The notes beneath the pieces are model-generated. The model did not search any database. It worked only from the letters and a program-made list of their open reading frames with translations, and was not told where the DNA came from. A stretch of 64,000 bases of DNA from assembly GCA_041649315.1 (NCBI GenBank), contig JBAZNJ010000002.1, positions 64,851 through 128,850 on the forward strand, written 5' to 3'. Both the position numbers and the translations under genes were made by a program. The DNA is from Patescibacteria group bacterium. Its GTDB lineage: Bacteria; Patescibacteriota; Patescibacteriia; Patescibacteriales; UBA12465. Positions 10,710 through 19,637 of this stretch are shown piece after piece (within the stretch, counting starts at the first letter, position 1; each line of letters starts with the position of its first letter).

Positions 10710-10754
10710 AGTCGGATAGACCAGGGTTTAGCAAAATTAGTTTTAAATAAATTT

Positions 10755-11129
10755 ATGATTCAGGTTCAAACATATTTAAAAGTAGCGGATAATTCCGGTG
10801 GGAAAGAGGTCCAATGTATCCGGGTTTTAGGCGGTTATCGCCGTCGTTACGGGCATGTCGGCAATATTATTATTGCTGCGGTTAAATCCGCCACGCCGCA
10901 CGCCGCGGTTAAGAAGGGCGATGTGGTAAAAGCAGTTATTGTCCGGACGAAGAAGGAAATCCGCCGGGCGGACGGTTCTTATTTGCGCTTTGACGACAAT
11001 GCCTGTGTCTTAATAAATGACGCGGAGAAGAAAGAACCGCGAGGAACCCGTATTTTTGGGCCGATTGCCCGGGAAGTGCGTCGCGCCGGTTTCGTCAAGA
11101 TCGCTTCTTTGGCGCCGGAAGTTTTATAA
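10755..11129 (+). CDS. rplN: 50S ribosomal protein L14
   Basis: [16 protein letters not shown]-terminus. Confidence 0.97.
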   Translation: MIQVQTYLKVADNSGGKEVQCIRVLGGYRRRYGHVGNIIIAAVKSATPHAAVKKGDVVKAVIVRTKKEIRRADGSYLRFDDNACVLINDAEKKEPRGTRIFGPIAREVRRAGFVKIASLAPEVL

Positions 11130-11153
11130 ATATTCAGTGAAGATTTGAAATAT

Positions 11154-11489
11154 ATGAATATCAAAAAGAATGATAAGGTAAAAATTTTAGCCGGGAAAGA
11201 CAAGGGGAAGACCGGAAAGGTTCTCCAGATTATGCCTGGGAATTCCCGAACGGACGCGCGCGCGAGCGTGGAGGGTTTGAATTTATTAATCAAACATCTT
11301 CGTCCGCAGAAACAGGGCGAACCGGGCCAGCGGATTGAATTTCCGGCTTTTATTAATATTTCAAATCTCGCTTTAATCTGTCCGAAATGCGGTCGGGCGA
11401 CTCGGGTCGGCTATAAGACCGTAAAAGTCGAGGGCAAGAAAGACAAGAAGTTCCGCGTTTGCCAGAAATGTAAAGAAGTTATTGAGTAA
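11154..11489 (+). CDS. rplX: 50S ribosomal protein L24 with a C-terminal CxxC...CxxC cluster
   Basis: MNIKKNDKVKILAGKDKGKTGKV matches the KOW motif. I prefer ATG 11154 over the track's TTG at 11145. Confidence 0.93.
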   Translation: MNIKKNDKVKILAGKDKGKTGKVLQIMPGNSRTDARASVEGLNLLIKHLRPQKQGEPGQRIEFPAFINISNLALICPKCGRATRVGYKTVKVEGKKDKKFRVCQKCKEVIE

Positions 11490-11510
11490 GATCAGGATAA
11501 TTGTTAATAT

Positions 11511-12059
11511 ATGAAATTAAAAGAAAAATATCAAAAACAAATCGTTCCGGCCTTAATAGAAAAATTTGGGCTTAAGAGCGCGATGCTTGCCCCTCGTTTT
11601 ACCAAGGTTGTTTTGAATGTCGGATTTGGTCACCATGCCAAAGAAAAGGAATTTATGACCAGCGTTGAAAAAGGGTTAACCAAGATCGCGGGTCAGAAAC
11701 CGGTTTTCACCGCGGCTAAAAAATCCGTTTCCGCTTTTAAAATCAGAGAAGGAATGACTATCGGCGCCAAGGTGACTCTTCGGGGGCAGCGGATGTATGA
11801 TTTTATTGATAAGTTGGTAAATATAACTTTCCCGCGCGTTCGTGATTTCCGCGGTTTAAGCGAAAAAGCCGTTGATAATAAAGGAAATTTAACGGTCGGG
11901 TTTAAGGAATTTGTTTCTTTTCCGGAAATTAGGGTTGAGGAAATTGATAATAATATGTATGGCCTGGAAGTTTGTTTAGCGACTAATTCCAGAAATCGGG
12001 AAGAGGGTTTGGAGCTGTTTCAGCTCGCCGGCTTTCCTTTTAAAAAAGACAGCAAATAA
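11511..12059 (+). CDS. rplE: 50S ribosomal protein L5
   Basis: 182 aa; LKEKY...VP.L and FPRVRDFRG motifs. Confidence 0.97.
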   Translation: MKLKEKYQKQIVPALIEKFGLKSAMLAPRFTKVVLNVGFGHHAKEKEFMTSVEKGLTKIAGQKPVFTAAKKSVSAFKIREGMTIGAKVTLRGQRMYDFIDKLVNITFPRVRDFRGLSEKAVDNKGNLTVGFKEFVSFPEIRVEEIDNNMYGLEVCLATNSRNREEGLELFQLAGFPFKKDSK

Positions 12060-12070
12060 TTTAAATATCT

Positions 12071-12256
12071 ATGGCTAGAACTGCATTAATTGTTAAAGCG
12101 AAAAGAAAGCCGAAATTTTCTACCCGGAAAATTAATCGTTGCTGGCGTTGCGGCCGCAATCACGGCTATTTGCGCGATTTTAAATTATGCCGGATTTGTT
12201 TTCGGGAACTGGCGGATAATGGGGATTTACCGGGAATTAGAAAATCAAGCTGGTAA
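12071..12256 (+). CDS. rpsN: 30S ribosomal protein S14, short zinc-binding (type Z) form
   Basis: 61 aa with [20 protein letters not shown] (Cys4). Confidence 0.95.
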   Translation: MARTALIVKAKRKPKFSTRKINRCWRCGRNHGYLRDFKLCRICFRELADNGDLPGIRKSSW

Positions 12257-12336
12257 TCAAACGGAAATTGGAAAATCGAAAATAAATAAAAATATATTTT
12301 TAATCTTTCAATCTTTTAATCTTTTAATTTAACGAT

Positions 12337-12747
12337 ATGATGGATCCCATCGCAGACATGTTCACAAGAATAAGGAATGCTTCCGCCGTCCATAAGCCGG
12401 AGCTGGTTTTGCCAATGAGCAAATTGAAATATGAAATCGCTCAAATTTTAGAGCGGGAGGGCTGGATTAAAAAAGCGGAAATTGTTCCTGGCGGCCTTGA
12501 GGGCGCGTCTAATAAATTTGACGAGTTGCGGATATCTTTGAAATACCGCAAGAACGGCAAATCGCAAATTACCTCAATCCAAAGAGTGAGTCGGCCGGGC
12601 TTACGCATTTATGTTTCTAAAGATCAGATTCCGACGGTTTTGAATGGTTTTGGGTTAGCACTTATTTCTACTTCCGCCGGTTTAATGACCGGAAACGAAG
12701 CAAAAAAACAGAAAGTCGGCGGCGAAATCGTTGGCGAGATTTATTAA
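12337..12747 (+). CDS. rpsH: 30S ribosomal protein S8
   Basis: DPIADMFTRIRNA N-terminal motif. Confidence 0.96.
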   Translation: MMDPIADMFTRIRNASAVHKPELVLPMSKLKYEIAQILEREGWIKKAEIVPGGLEGASNKFDELRISLKYRKNGKSQITSIQRVSRPGLRIYVSKDQIPTVLNGFGLALISTSAGLMTGNEAKKQKVGGEIVGEIY

Positions 12748-12790
12748 GATTTAGATTTGTTTTTAAAATTTATATTTAAGTTTATAACAT

Positions 12791-13336
12791 ATGTCACGTT
12801 TAGGAAAATTACCGATTAAATTAGATCCAAAGACGCAAGCAACGCTTAGCGATGGCGTTTTGAAATTTAAGGGCGCAAAAGGGGAGTTTTCTTTAGAAAT
12901 TCATCCTTCAGTAGAAGTCAAGGTTGAAAACGGCGAAATCAAAGTTTCTCCTAAGGATTTAACGGCAAAAAATGCCAAAGCTTTTTGGGGATTGATGTGG
13001 CGTTTAATCAGTAATGCGGCCGAAGGCGTGACCCTTGGTTTTTCTAAAAAATTAGAAATTAACGGCGTCGGTTATCGGGCGGCGGTGAGCGGCAGAAAAT
13101 TAAATTTGAATTTAGGTTTTTCTCATCCGATAGAATTTAATTTACCGGAAGGGATTACGGCGGCGGTAGAAGGGAACGTAGTAACTTTAAGTGGAGTTGA
13201 TAAAACTTTAGTCGGGGAGACCGCATCTCGAATCAGGAAACTGCGTAAGCCGGAACCTTATAAAGGTAAGGGGGTTAAATATATTGATGAAACGATCAGA
13301 CGCAAAGCCGGAAAGGCGGCCGCGAAAGGCAAGTAA
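12791..13336 (+). CDS. rplF: 50S ribosomal protein L6
   Basis: MSRLGKLPI ... GVGYRA ... PEPYKGKG motifs. Confidence 0.96.
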   Translation: MSRLGKLPIKLDPKTQATLSDGVLKFKGAKGEFSLEIHPSVEVKVENGEIKVSPKDLTAKNAKAFWGLMWRLISNAAEGVTLGFSKKLEINGVGYRAAVSGRKLNLNLGFSHPIEFNLPEGITAAVEGNVVTLSGVDKTLVGETASRIRKLRKPEPYKGKGVKYIDETIRRKAGKAAAKGK

Positions 13337-13356
13337 AGGAGTATAATCTTTTAATT

Positions 13357-13372
13357 CCTGCCGGCCGGCAGG
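13357..13372. repeat. Perfect 16-nt GC palindrome in the AT-rich rplF-rplR spacer
   Basis: CCTGCCGGCCGGCAGG is self-complementary. Confidence 0.6.
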
Positions 13373-13404
13373 CGAGTTTAATCTTTCAATTTTTAATTAA
13401 AAAT

Positions 13405-13758
13405 ATGGATAAGAATAAAGCGAAAAATCAACGGCAGGGACGGCGCCATGCTAGAGTACGGGCGAAAGTTTCCGGTACTGAAGCGCGTCCGCGGCTTAAT
13501 GTTTTCCGGTCTAATCGGGGAATGTTTTTGCAATTAATTGATGATGCTGAAGGAAAAACCTTGGCGAGTGCCGCGACCAAAGAAGTTAAGAAGGCGTCCG
13601 GAAAAGTCGAGGCGAGCCGGGAAGCTGGAAAATCATTAGCGGCCAAAGCAAAAGCGAAAAAAATAACTAAAGCGGTATTTGACCGAGGCGCTTATAAATA
13701 TCATGGCCGCGTTAAAGCGGCGGCTGAGGGCGCGCGCGAGGGCGGCTTAGAATTTTAA
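13405..13758 (+). CDS. rplR: 50S ribosomal protein L18
   Basis: [11 protein letters not shown] ... [14 protein letters not shown] motifs. Confidence 0.95.
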   Translation: MDKNKAKNQRQGRRHARVRAKVSGTEARPRLNVFRSNRGMFLQLIDDAEGKTLASAATKEVKKASGKVEASREAGKSLAAKAKAKKITKAVFDRGAYKYHGRVKAAAEGAREGGLEF

Positions 13759-13769
13759 TTATCTTTAAT

Positions 13770-14444
13770 ATGGAAGACAAAAAAGTGAAAACTGAAAATA
13801 AAACCGTTGCCGGGACCGGTGCGGCTGAGACCGTGGCAAAAGATCTTTACGGTGCCGGAGCGGCGGTGGGAGCGGGAGGCGCTCGTCGGTCGGATCGAGG
13901 TAATCGTAATAATAGCCGCGGACCGCGGCGGAGCGGTGGTCGTGATGGGCAGAAAGATGATATGGATCAGCGGATTCTAGAAGTGGCTCGGGTGACGCGC
14001 GTTATGGCCGGCGGTAAAAGGATGAATTTTCGGGCTTGTGTGGCGATTGGCGACAAGAAAGGCAGTGTCGGCGTTGGTTTGGGTAAAGGGGCGGATGTTA
14101 CTATGGCGGTCAATAAGGCAGTTAATAAGGCGAAAAAGAAGATGGTTAAAGTCCCTTTGGTTAAAGGCACGATTCCGCATGTGGTTGCTTATAAATCCGG
14201 AGCGGCTCGTTTGATTATGAAACCGGCTAAGCAGGGTCGGGGTATTATTGCCGGCGGTGTCGCTCGGGCGATTTTTGAATTAGCCGGTATTGGTAATATT
14301 ACCAGTAAAACATTAGGATCAAAGAGTAAAATCAATAACGCTCGTTGCGTTATTGAAGCTTTAGAAACTTTACGCCGTCCGGAAAAAAAAGATGAGAACG
14401 ATAAAGGAATTTTGAAAGAAAAATCGGTTAATAAAGAAAGATAG
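13770..14444 (+). CDS. rpsE: 30S ribosomal protein S5 with a G/R-rich N-terminal extension and a K/E-rich C-terminal tail
   Basis: Core VARVTRVMAGGKRMNFRA ... GIIAGG motifs. Confidence 0.95.
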   Translation: MEDKKVKTENKTVAGTGAAETVAKDLYGAGAAVGAGGARRSDRGNRNNSRGPRRSGGRDGQKDDMDQRILEVARVTRVMAGGKRMNFRACVAIGDKKGSVGVGLGKGADVTMAVNKAVNKAKKKMVKVPLVKGTIPHVVAYKSGAARLIMKPAKQGRGIIAGGVARAIFELAGIGNITSKTLGSKSKINNARCVIEALETLRRPEKKDENDKGILKEKSVNKER

Positions 14445-14523
14445 AAATAGAAATGGTCGCATTTTTATTAAGAAAACGAAACTAAAATTAAAATTTTTAA
14501 TTTTTGAATTTTTAATTAATTTT

Positions 14524-14940
14524 ATGTTATCACTTAACGCTATTAAGAAAACTAAAGGCAGCGGGAAGAAAGCTAAACGCGTCGGGCGCGGCAATGCTTC
14601 CGGACGAGGGACTTATAGTACCCGCGGTTTAAAGGGGCAGAAATCCCGCTCCGGTGTTTCTGGATTGAAACGCTTAGGCATGCGTCAGGTCCTTTTAAGA
14701 ACACCTAAATCGCGTGGTTTTAAATCCGCCAAGCCGAAAAATCAGGTCGTGAGCGTTAAAGCGATCAACCAGTATTTTAAAGATAACGAAGTTGTGAGCC
14801 CGGCCTCTTTAATGGAGAAGAAGTTGGTTTCTTCAACCGCTTTGCCGGTTAAGATTTTAGGCAAAGAAAAGTTGACCGTTAAAGTCAAATTTGAGAAGAT
14901 AAAGATGAGCGAATCGGTTAAAGGACAGCTTAAGGCCTAA
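14524..14940 (+). CDS. rplO: 50S ribosomal protein L15
   Basis: KRVGRGNASGRGTYSTRGLKGQKSRSG motif. Follows rpsE directly, with no rpmD between. Confidence 0.93.
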   Translation: MLSLNAIKKTKGSGKKAKRVGRGNASGRGTYSTRGLKGQKSRSGVSGLKRLGMRQVLLRTPKSRGFKSAKPKNQVVSVKAINQYFKDNEVVSPASLMEKKLVSSTALPVKILGKEKLTVKVKFEKIKMSESVKGQLKA

Positions 14941-14954
14941 AAGGAACAAGTTTT

Positions 14955-16226
14955 ATGTTTAATAAATTAGAGCAAATTTGGAAAGCCAGGGATTTGAGGA
15001 ACAATATTCTTTATGTTTTAGGCATGTTGGTCATTTTTCGTTTAGCCGCTCATATACCGGTCCCGGGCGTTGACGCGGGGGCTTTAAAAAATTTATTCGC
15101 TTCTAATCAGATTTTAGGTCTAATGAACTTGTTTTCCGGCGGCGGCATGGAAAATTTCTCCATTGTCATGATGGGCGTTGCTCCGTATATTACTTCCTCG
15201 ATTATTTTTCAGCTTTTAGGGATGGTCGTGCCGAGCTTAGAAGAAATGCAGAAAGAAGAATCCGGCCGTCAGAAGATAAACAGCTGGACGCGTTGGCTCA
15301 CGATTCCGTTGGCTATTTTGCAATCCTACGGCATGATTACTTTATTGCGTCGCAGTTCGGCCGGAATCTTAGGCGATATTAGTATGTTTGATTTTAGCGT
15401 AATGATTATTACGATTACCGCCGGAACGATTTTCTTAATGTGGATCGGCGAGCTGATTTCCGAGAAGAAAATAGGTAACGGTATTTCTTTATTGATTTTT
15501 GCCGGTATTGTCGCGAGTTTACCGCAATCGGTTAAGCAGATTATCGCGACCTTTGACCCGACCCAGTTGTTCATGCTGATTGGTTTCGTGGTTATCGCCA
15601 TTATCACGATTGTCGGCGTGGTTATAATTAACGAAGGCCAGCGTAATATTCCGGTCCAGTACGCCCGTCAGATTCGCGGTCAACGCGCTTTCGGCGGCAC
15701 GAGCACCCATTTGCCCTTACGCGTTAATATGGCCGGAGTTATTCCGATTATTTTCGCTATTTCTGTCGTTTTGTTTCCTTCTATGGTCGCGCAATTTTTT
15801 ATCCATGCTAAGACGGCCTGGATCGCGAATTTTGCCCAGTGGACTATTAGTGTTTTTAATAATCAGTTGATTTACGGCATAGTTTATTTTGTTTTAGTCG
15901 TGGCCTTTACTTATTTTTATACGGAAGTCGTTTTCCATCCGTCCCAGATTGCGGAGAATCTTCAAAAACAGGGCGGTTTTATTCCGGGTATCCGGCCGGG
16001 CAAACATACCAGCGATTATTTAACTTATACGACTCATCGGATAATTTTCGTCGGCGCCTTATTCTTAGGTATTATCGCGGTTCTTCCTTTAGTGATGCAA
16101 TATTTTACCGGCATGCAGGCCTTCGCTATCGGCGGCACGAGCTTGTTGATTGTAGTTTCCGTAGTTATTGAAACGGTTAAACAGCTTGAATCCCAGCTCA
16201 CGATGCGGGAGTATGATGGGTTGTAA
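14955..16226 (+). CDS. secY: Preprotein translocase subunit SecY
   Basis: 423 aa, about 10 TM segments; GVAPYITSSII and GGFIPGIRPG motifs. Confidence 0.97.
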   Translation: MFNKLEQIWKARDLRNNILYVLGMLVIFRLAAHIPVPGVDAGALKNLFASNQILGLMNLFSGGGMENFSIVMMGVAPYITSSIIFQLLGMVVPSLEEMQKEESGRQKINSWTRWLTIPLAILQSYGMITLLRRSSAGILGDISMFDFSVMIITITAGTIFLMWIGELISEKKIGNGISLLIFAGIVASLPQSVKQIIATFDPTQLFMLIGFVVIAIITIVGVVIINEGQRNIPVQYARQIRGQRAFGGTSTHLPLRVNMAGVIPIIFAISVVLFPSMVAQFFIHAKTAWIANFAQWTISVFNNQLIYGIVYFVLVVAFTYFYTEVVFHPSQIAENLQKQGGFIPGIRPGKHTSDYLTYTTHRIIFVGALFLGIIAVLPLVMQYFTGMQAFAIGGTSLLIVVSVVIETVKQLESQLTMREYDGL

Positions 16227-16296
16227 GGGAATTAGTGGTTGGCCTAAAAAAGAAAGAGGAATAAAGATTGTTTTAACATTTAAAAGTTGTTTAGAA

Positions 16297-16326
16297 AACT
16301 TAGCTAACATCAGCTAAGTTTTTTGT
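16297..16326 (+). terminator. Intrinsic terminator after secY
   Basis: AACTTAGCT-aacatc-AGCTAAGTT followed by a T-run. Confidence 0.6.
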
Positions 16327-16393
16327 TATTAAAATTTTTTTCTCTTTTATTTTTGTTTATTTTGTGTTATAATCAAAAAATAATTCATAAAAT

Positions 16394-16687
16394 ATGGATT
16401 TAAAAGATGTTTCCAAGGATTTAACCAAGCAGACCGCTTATCGCTTAGAGCAGCGCTTTCTTCGTTTATTAAGGACAAATCCGCGTTATAAGAATTTAGA
16501 TGCCGGAAACCGGGATTTGATTTTAGATTTGCTTGATAAATATAAAGATAAGTTGCGCCATGGGATAAGACCGTCGCGCTTAACAATTAAGAAAGATATG
16601 TATCGCTTATATCGGAATCGTTTAGAATTAAAATTAACTTATAATGATTTAGATCAGATTCGGGATTTACTTGAAGAATTTAAATAA
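16394..16687 (+). CDS. Hypothetical protein (97 aa, basic, helical)
   Basis: ORF only. Its C-terminal LTYNDLDQIRDLLEEF resembles LTYKDKRDIKQVLKHLE in the next ORF. Confidence 0.45.
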   Translation: MDLKDVSKDLTKQTAYRLEQRFLRLLRTNPRYKNLDAGNRDLILDLLDKYKDKLRHGIRPSRLTIKKDMYRLYRNRLELKLTYNDLDQIRDLLEEFK

Positions 16688-16733
16688 ATGACCTGACCCC
16701 GTGGATTTGCCGCGGGGAAATAAATGAAAATAT

Positions 16734-17411
16734 ATGGAGACAAGTAAATTAAGAAGTTTGCCGGGCGGCGGCGCCGGTTTTGACGCCGGTAAATTCGCGA
16801 GCAGATTCAAGTCGGCGACTAAGTATACTCTGCGGGATAAGGGCGCCGGCGTTGCCAAAGTAATCGGCGGATCGGCCGCGGCAATTCGCGCCGGACGATT
16901 TAATAGCCAGCGGGCTTGGGGGAAAATAGATAAAAAGGATTTAACTTATAAGGATAAGCGGGATATTAAACAGGTTTTAAAACATTTAGAAAAGACCTCT
17001 TCGTTATCAGCTTCCCGCCAAAACTCTAATCAAGGCCAAGAAAGTAGCTCTGAGGTTGTCCCGGATAGAATTAAGCGAGCTAATATTTTATCGGCTGGCC
17101 GAGCTTATGAAGAAGCCCAGAAATTGGGCGGCGGCACGGCGGCCCAGAATATCCAGAAAAAAGCTTTAGAGCGTTTAAAATCTTTAGATGCCGATGCCGC
17201 CAAAGAAGCGCTCGGTGGCGGTCGAACAACTAATACTGGATTAGCTGGTGGCGCGCGGCCAGGGAATCCTGGTTTTGCCGGATCTAGCCGGGTTAATCGC
17301 AGTGGCGGACTTGGCGCTTCTAATAATCTTAATCGCGGCGGCGGCCTTGACGGCTCAAGCGGCTTGGCTAGCCCCGGTCGGAGTTCCGGGCTTAATCGTC
17401 TTAGTTTATGA
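16734..17411 (+). CDS. Hypothetical Gly/Ser/Asn/Arg-rich, probably disordered protein (225 aa)
   Basis: ORF only. Its stop overlaps the map start (ATGA), implying translational coupling. Confidence 0.5.
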   Translation: METSKLRSLPGGGAGFDAGKFASRFKSATKYTLRDKGAGVAKVIGGSAAAIRAGRFNSQRAWGKIDKKDLTYKDKRDIKQVLKHLEKTSSLSASRQNSNQGQESSSEVVPDRIKRANILSAGRAYEEAQKLGGGTAAQNIQKKALERLKSLDADAAKEALGGGRTTNTGLAGGARPGNPGFAGSSRVNRSGGLGASNNLNRGGGLDGSSGLASPGRSSGLNRLSL

Positions 17412-18238
17412 TTTATATAAAATCAGCAGAAGAAATCAGGATAATTCGGGAAGGCGGCCGGCGTTTGGCCGCTATTTTGGCACGGTTATTAAAAGAAGTC
17501 CGGCCGGGTGTAGCGACCGGTGCTTTAGAAAGTTTAGCTAATAAATTAATCAAAGAAATCGGCGGCCGGCCGGCGTTTAAGGATTATCCGATGGGCGGCG
17601 GCCTATTTTTCCCGTCGGCGCTATGCGTGTCTATAAACGATGAAGTTGTTCATGGCACGGCTTTACCGTCGCGCATTATTAAGTCCGGCGATATTGTTGA
17701 TCTTGATATCGGCATGGAATGGCCGATGACCGCGGAATTGCGTGTGAAATTTAAAGCGCCGCTTAATCCGCATTCCCAGGGCGGCGGTTTTTTTACGGAT
17801 ATGTGTTCGACAATCGGAGCCGGTAAGATCAGCACAGAGAGCAAGAAACTGTTGCGAACCGCGCGCGAGTGCCTGGATTTAGGAATTAAGGCGGTCAAAC
17901 CGGGACGAACGATTAATGATATTGCCCGGCCGATTCAGGCGCGAGCGGAGAGCCGGGGCTACGGCGTAGTGCGTGATTTAGTCGGACATGGCGTCGGATA
18001 TTTTGCCCATGAGGCGCCGGATGTTTTTAATTTTGAAATTAATGAAAATTCTTCGGAAAATATTGTTTTAAAACCCGGGATGGTAATTGCTATTGAACCG
18101 ATGATTAATGCCGGTGATTGGCGGACCAAAATTACTAAGAATGGCTATACTTTTCGAACAGCAGATGGTAGTCCGAGCGCGCATTTTGAACATACGGTCG
18201 CGGTAACTGAAAAAGGTTATGAAATTTTAACTAAATGA
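17408..18238 (+). CDS. map: Methionine aminopeptidase type I, with a ~20-aa insertion between metal-ligand Asp residues
   Basis: GDIVDLDI ... GHGVG ... AIEPM ... HFEHTV motifs. Confidence 0.95.
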   Translation: MIYIKSAEEIRIIREGGRRLAAILARLLKEVRPGVATGALESLANKLIKEIGGRPAFKDYPMGGGLFFPSALCVSINDEVVHGTALPSRIIKSGDIVDLDIGMEWPMTAELRVKFKAPLNPHSQGGGFFTDMCSTIGAGKISTESKKLLRTARECLDLGIKAVKPGRTINDIARPIQARAESRGYGVVRDLVGHGVGYFAHEAPDVFNFEINENSSENIVLKPGMVIAIEPMINAGDWRTKITKNGYTFRTADGSPSAHFEHTVAVTEKGYEILTK

Positions 18239-18630
18239 ACATGGAAAACATGAAAAATTATCTTGGCGTTGATTGGGGAGAGAAACGGATTGGCTTAGCC
18301 AGCGCCGATAGCGAAACCCGGTTGGCCCTACCCTTGAAAACCGTGGCGACTTTAGCCGAACTCTTGGTAGTCATAGACGAGGAAGAAATCGACGAGGTTG
18401 TTTTAGGCGCGCCACAAAAGATGAGCGGCGCCGCGGCTGATAGTCCGGCTTGGCAAAATTTTTTGACGCGCTTGAAAGAGCAGGGCGGCCGGCCAGTCAA
18501 ATTAGTTGACGAGCGTTTAAGTAGCTTAGCGGCCGATTCTTTAGCCGGTAAAAAAACGGAAAAAGCCGGACGCGATGAAATCGCCGCTACCCTAATCCTG
18601 CAAAATTACTTGGATCGGAACGTAAATTAA
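18235..18630 (+). CDS. ruvX: YqgF/RuvX-family putative Holliday junction resolvase / pre-16S rRNA nuclease
   Basis: YLGVDWGEKRIGLA N-terminal motif; overlaps the map stop. Confidence 0.85.
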   Translation: MNMENMKNYLGVDWGEKRIGLASADSETRLALPLKTVATLAELLVVIDEEEIDEVVLGAPQKMSGAAADSPAWQNFLTRLKEQGGRPVKLVDERLSSLAADSLAGKKTEKAGRDEIAATLILQNYLDRNVN

Positions 18631-18632
18631 AT

Positions 18633-19370
18633 ATGGAAGAAACTAAAAATACTCCGGCCATAATTTTAAATCGCCAGGACTATCGGGAACAAGATATTTT
18701 AGTAACGGTCTATGCCCGCGATTTTGGCAAGCGGACTTTAGTCGCCCGTGGTGCGAAAAAACCTGGCTCTAAGCTTGCCGGCCATATTGAACCCCTGGCC
18801 TTAGCTGATATCTTAGTCGTTAAAGGGAAGGGGCGGGATTATATCGGTAGCGCTTTAACTCGCCGGGCGCATCAGGGAATTCGAGCGGATTTAAATAAAT
18901 TATATTACGCCGGCCAGGCAGTTGGGCTTTTTAGTCGCCTGGTTAAGGATAGCCAGCCCGAAGAGGAAATATTTTCACTTTTGTCGGATTGGCTCGGAGC
19001 GCTTGATGATTTTATTGGTTCCGCGGATTTTAACCGAGAGGAGGGAGAATTATTTTATAATTTTTTTGCTTTAAAATTATTAGCGGTGTCTGGCTATGCG
19101 CCGGCTTGGCGGACTTGCTTGGCTTGCGGGCGGAAAATTGAACCGGGTCGGAATTTTTTCGCGGCCCGTGGCGGCGGCTTAGTTTGCAGCACCTGTTTTG
19201 ATCAAAAAAGAGCATCTGGTCAGGATTTATCCGACTTATTGATTATTTCTGATAATTGTGTTAAATTAATTCGTTATTTAAGCGACAGCCAAAATTTAAA
19301 AATAAAAGTTGATAAGAAAATAATTAGGGAAGCGAAAAAAGTTATTGATTTCTTTGTAAATTATTTATAA
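18633..19370 (+). CDS. recO: DNA repair protein RecO
   Basis: OB-fold-type N-terminus plus a CLACGRK...CSTC zinc finger; 245 aa. Confidence 0.85.
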   Translation: MEETKNTPAIILNRQDYREQDILVTVYARDFGKRTLVARGAKKPGSKLAGHIEPLALADILVVKGKGRDYIGSALTRRAHQGIRADLNKLYYAGQAVGLFSRLVKDSQPEEEIFSLLSDWLGALDDFIGSADFNREEGELFYNFFALKLLAVSGYAPAWRTCLACGRKIEPGRNFFAARGGGLVCSTCFDQKRASGQDLSDLLIISDNCVKLIRYLSDSQNLKIKVDKKIIREAKKVIDFFVNYL

Positions 19371-19387
19371 TTATTTAATAAACATTT

Positions 19388-19412
19388 AAAAGAGGCAAAT
19401 ATTGCCTCTTTT
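19388..19412 (+). terminator. Intrinsic terminator after recO
   Basis: AAAGAGGCAA-aata-TTGCCTCTTT followed by T. Confidence 0.6.
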
Positions 19413-19637
19413 AAATTATTTTAAAATTAGCCAAAAAGCGACAAAAGTAGGTAAATTTAATAAGAGCTTGTTAATAACTTTAGTCATTAATTTAGCAGGT
19501 TTTTGCCTTTAGTTTTTATTAAAGATTCAGTTGATCGTCGTTCTTGCTAAAAGGGTAAAAATAAGGTAAAATTTAAGCAGAAAATAAATAATTTTAATTA
19601 AATTCAGGCCAAAAATGGTCGGGGTTTATTTCGTTAT

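Noticed and set aside
17248-17541. 97-aa ORF overlapping the end of the Gly-rich ORF and the start of map
   Set aside because: It is out of frame with the clearly real map gene, and its Ala/Leu-rich sequence is typical of an alternative frame in GC-rich coding DNA.
19371-19637. T-box leader upstream of aspS (also checked 20940-21033 upstream of asnS)
   Set aside because: I could not find the conserved T-box sequence, a specifier loop or a terminator/antiterminator pair. Only a recO terminator and AT-rich sequence are present.
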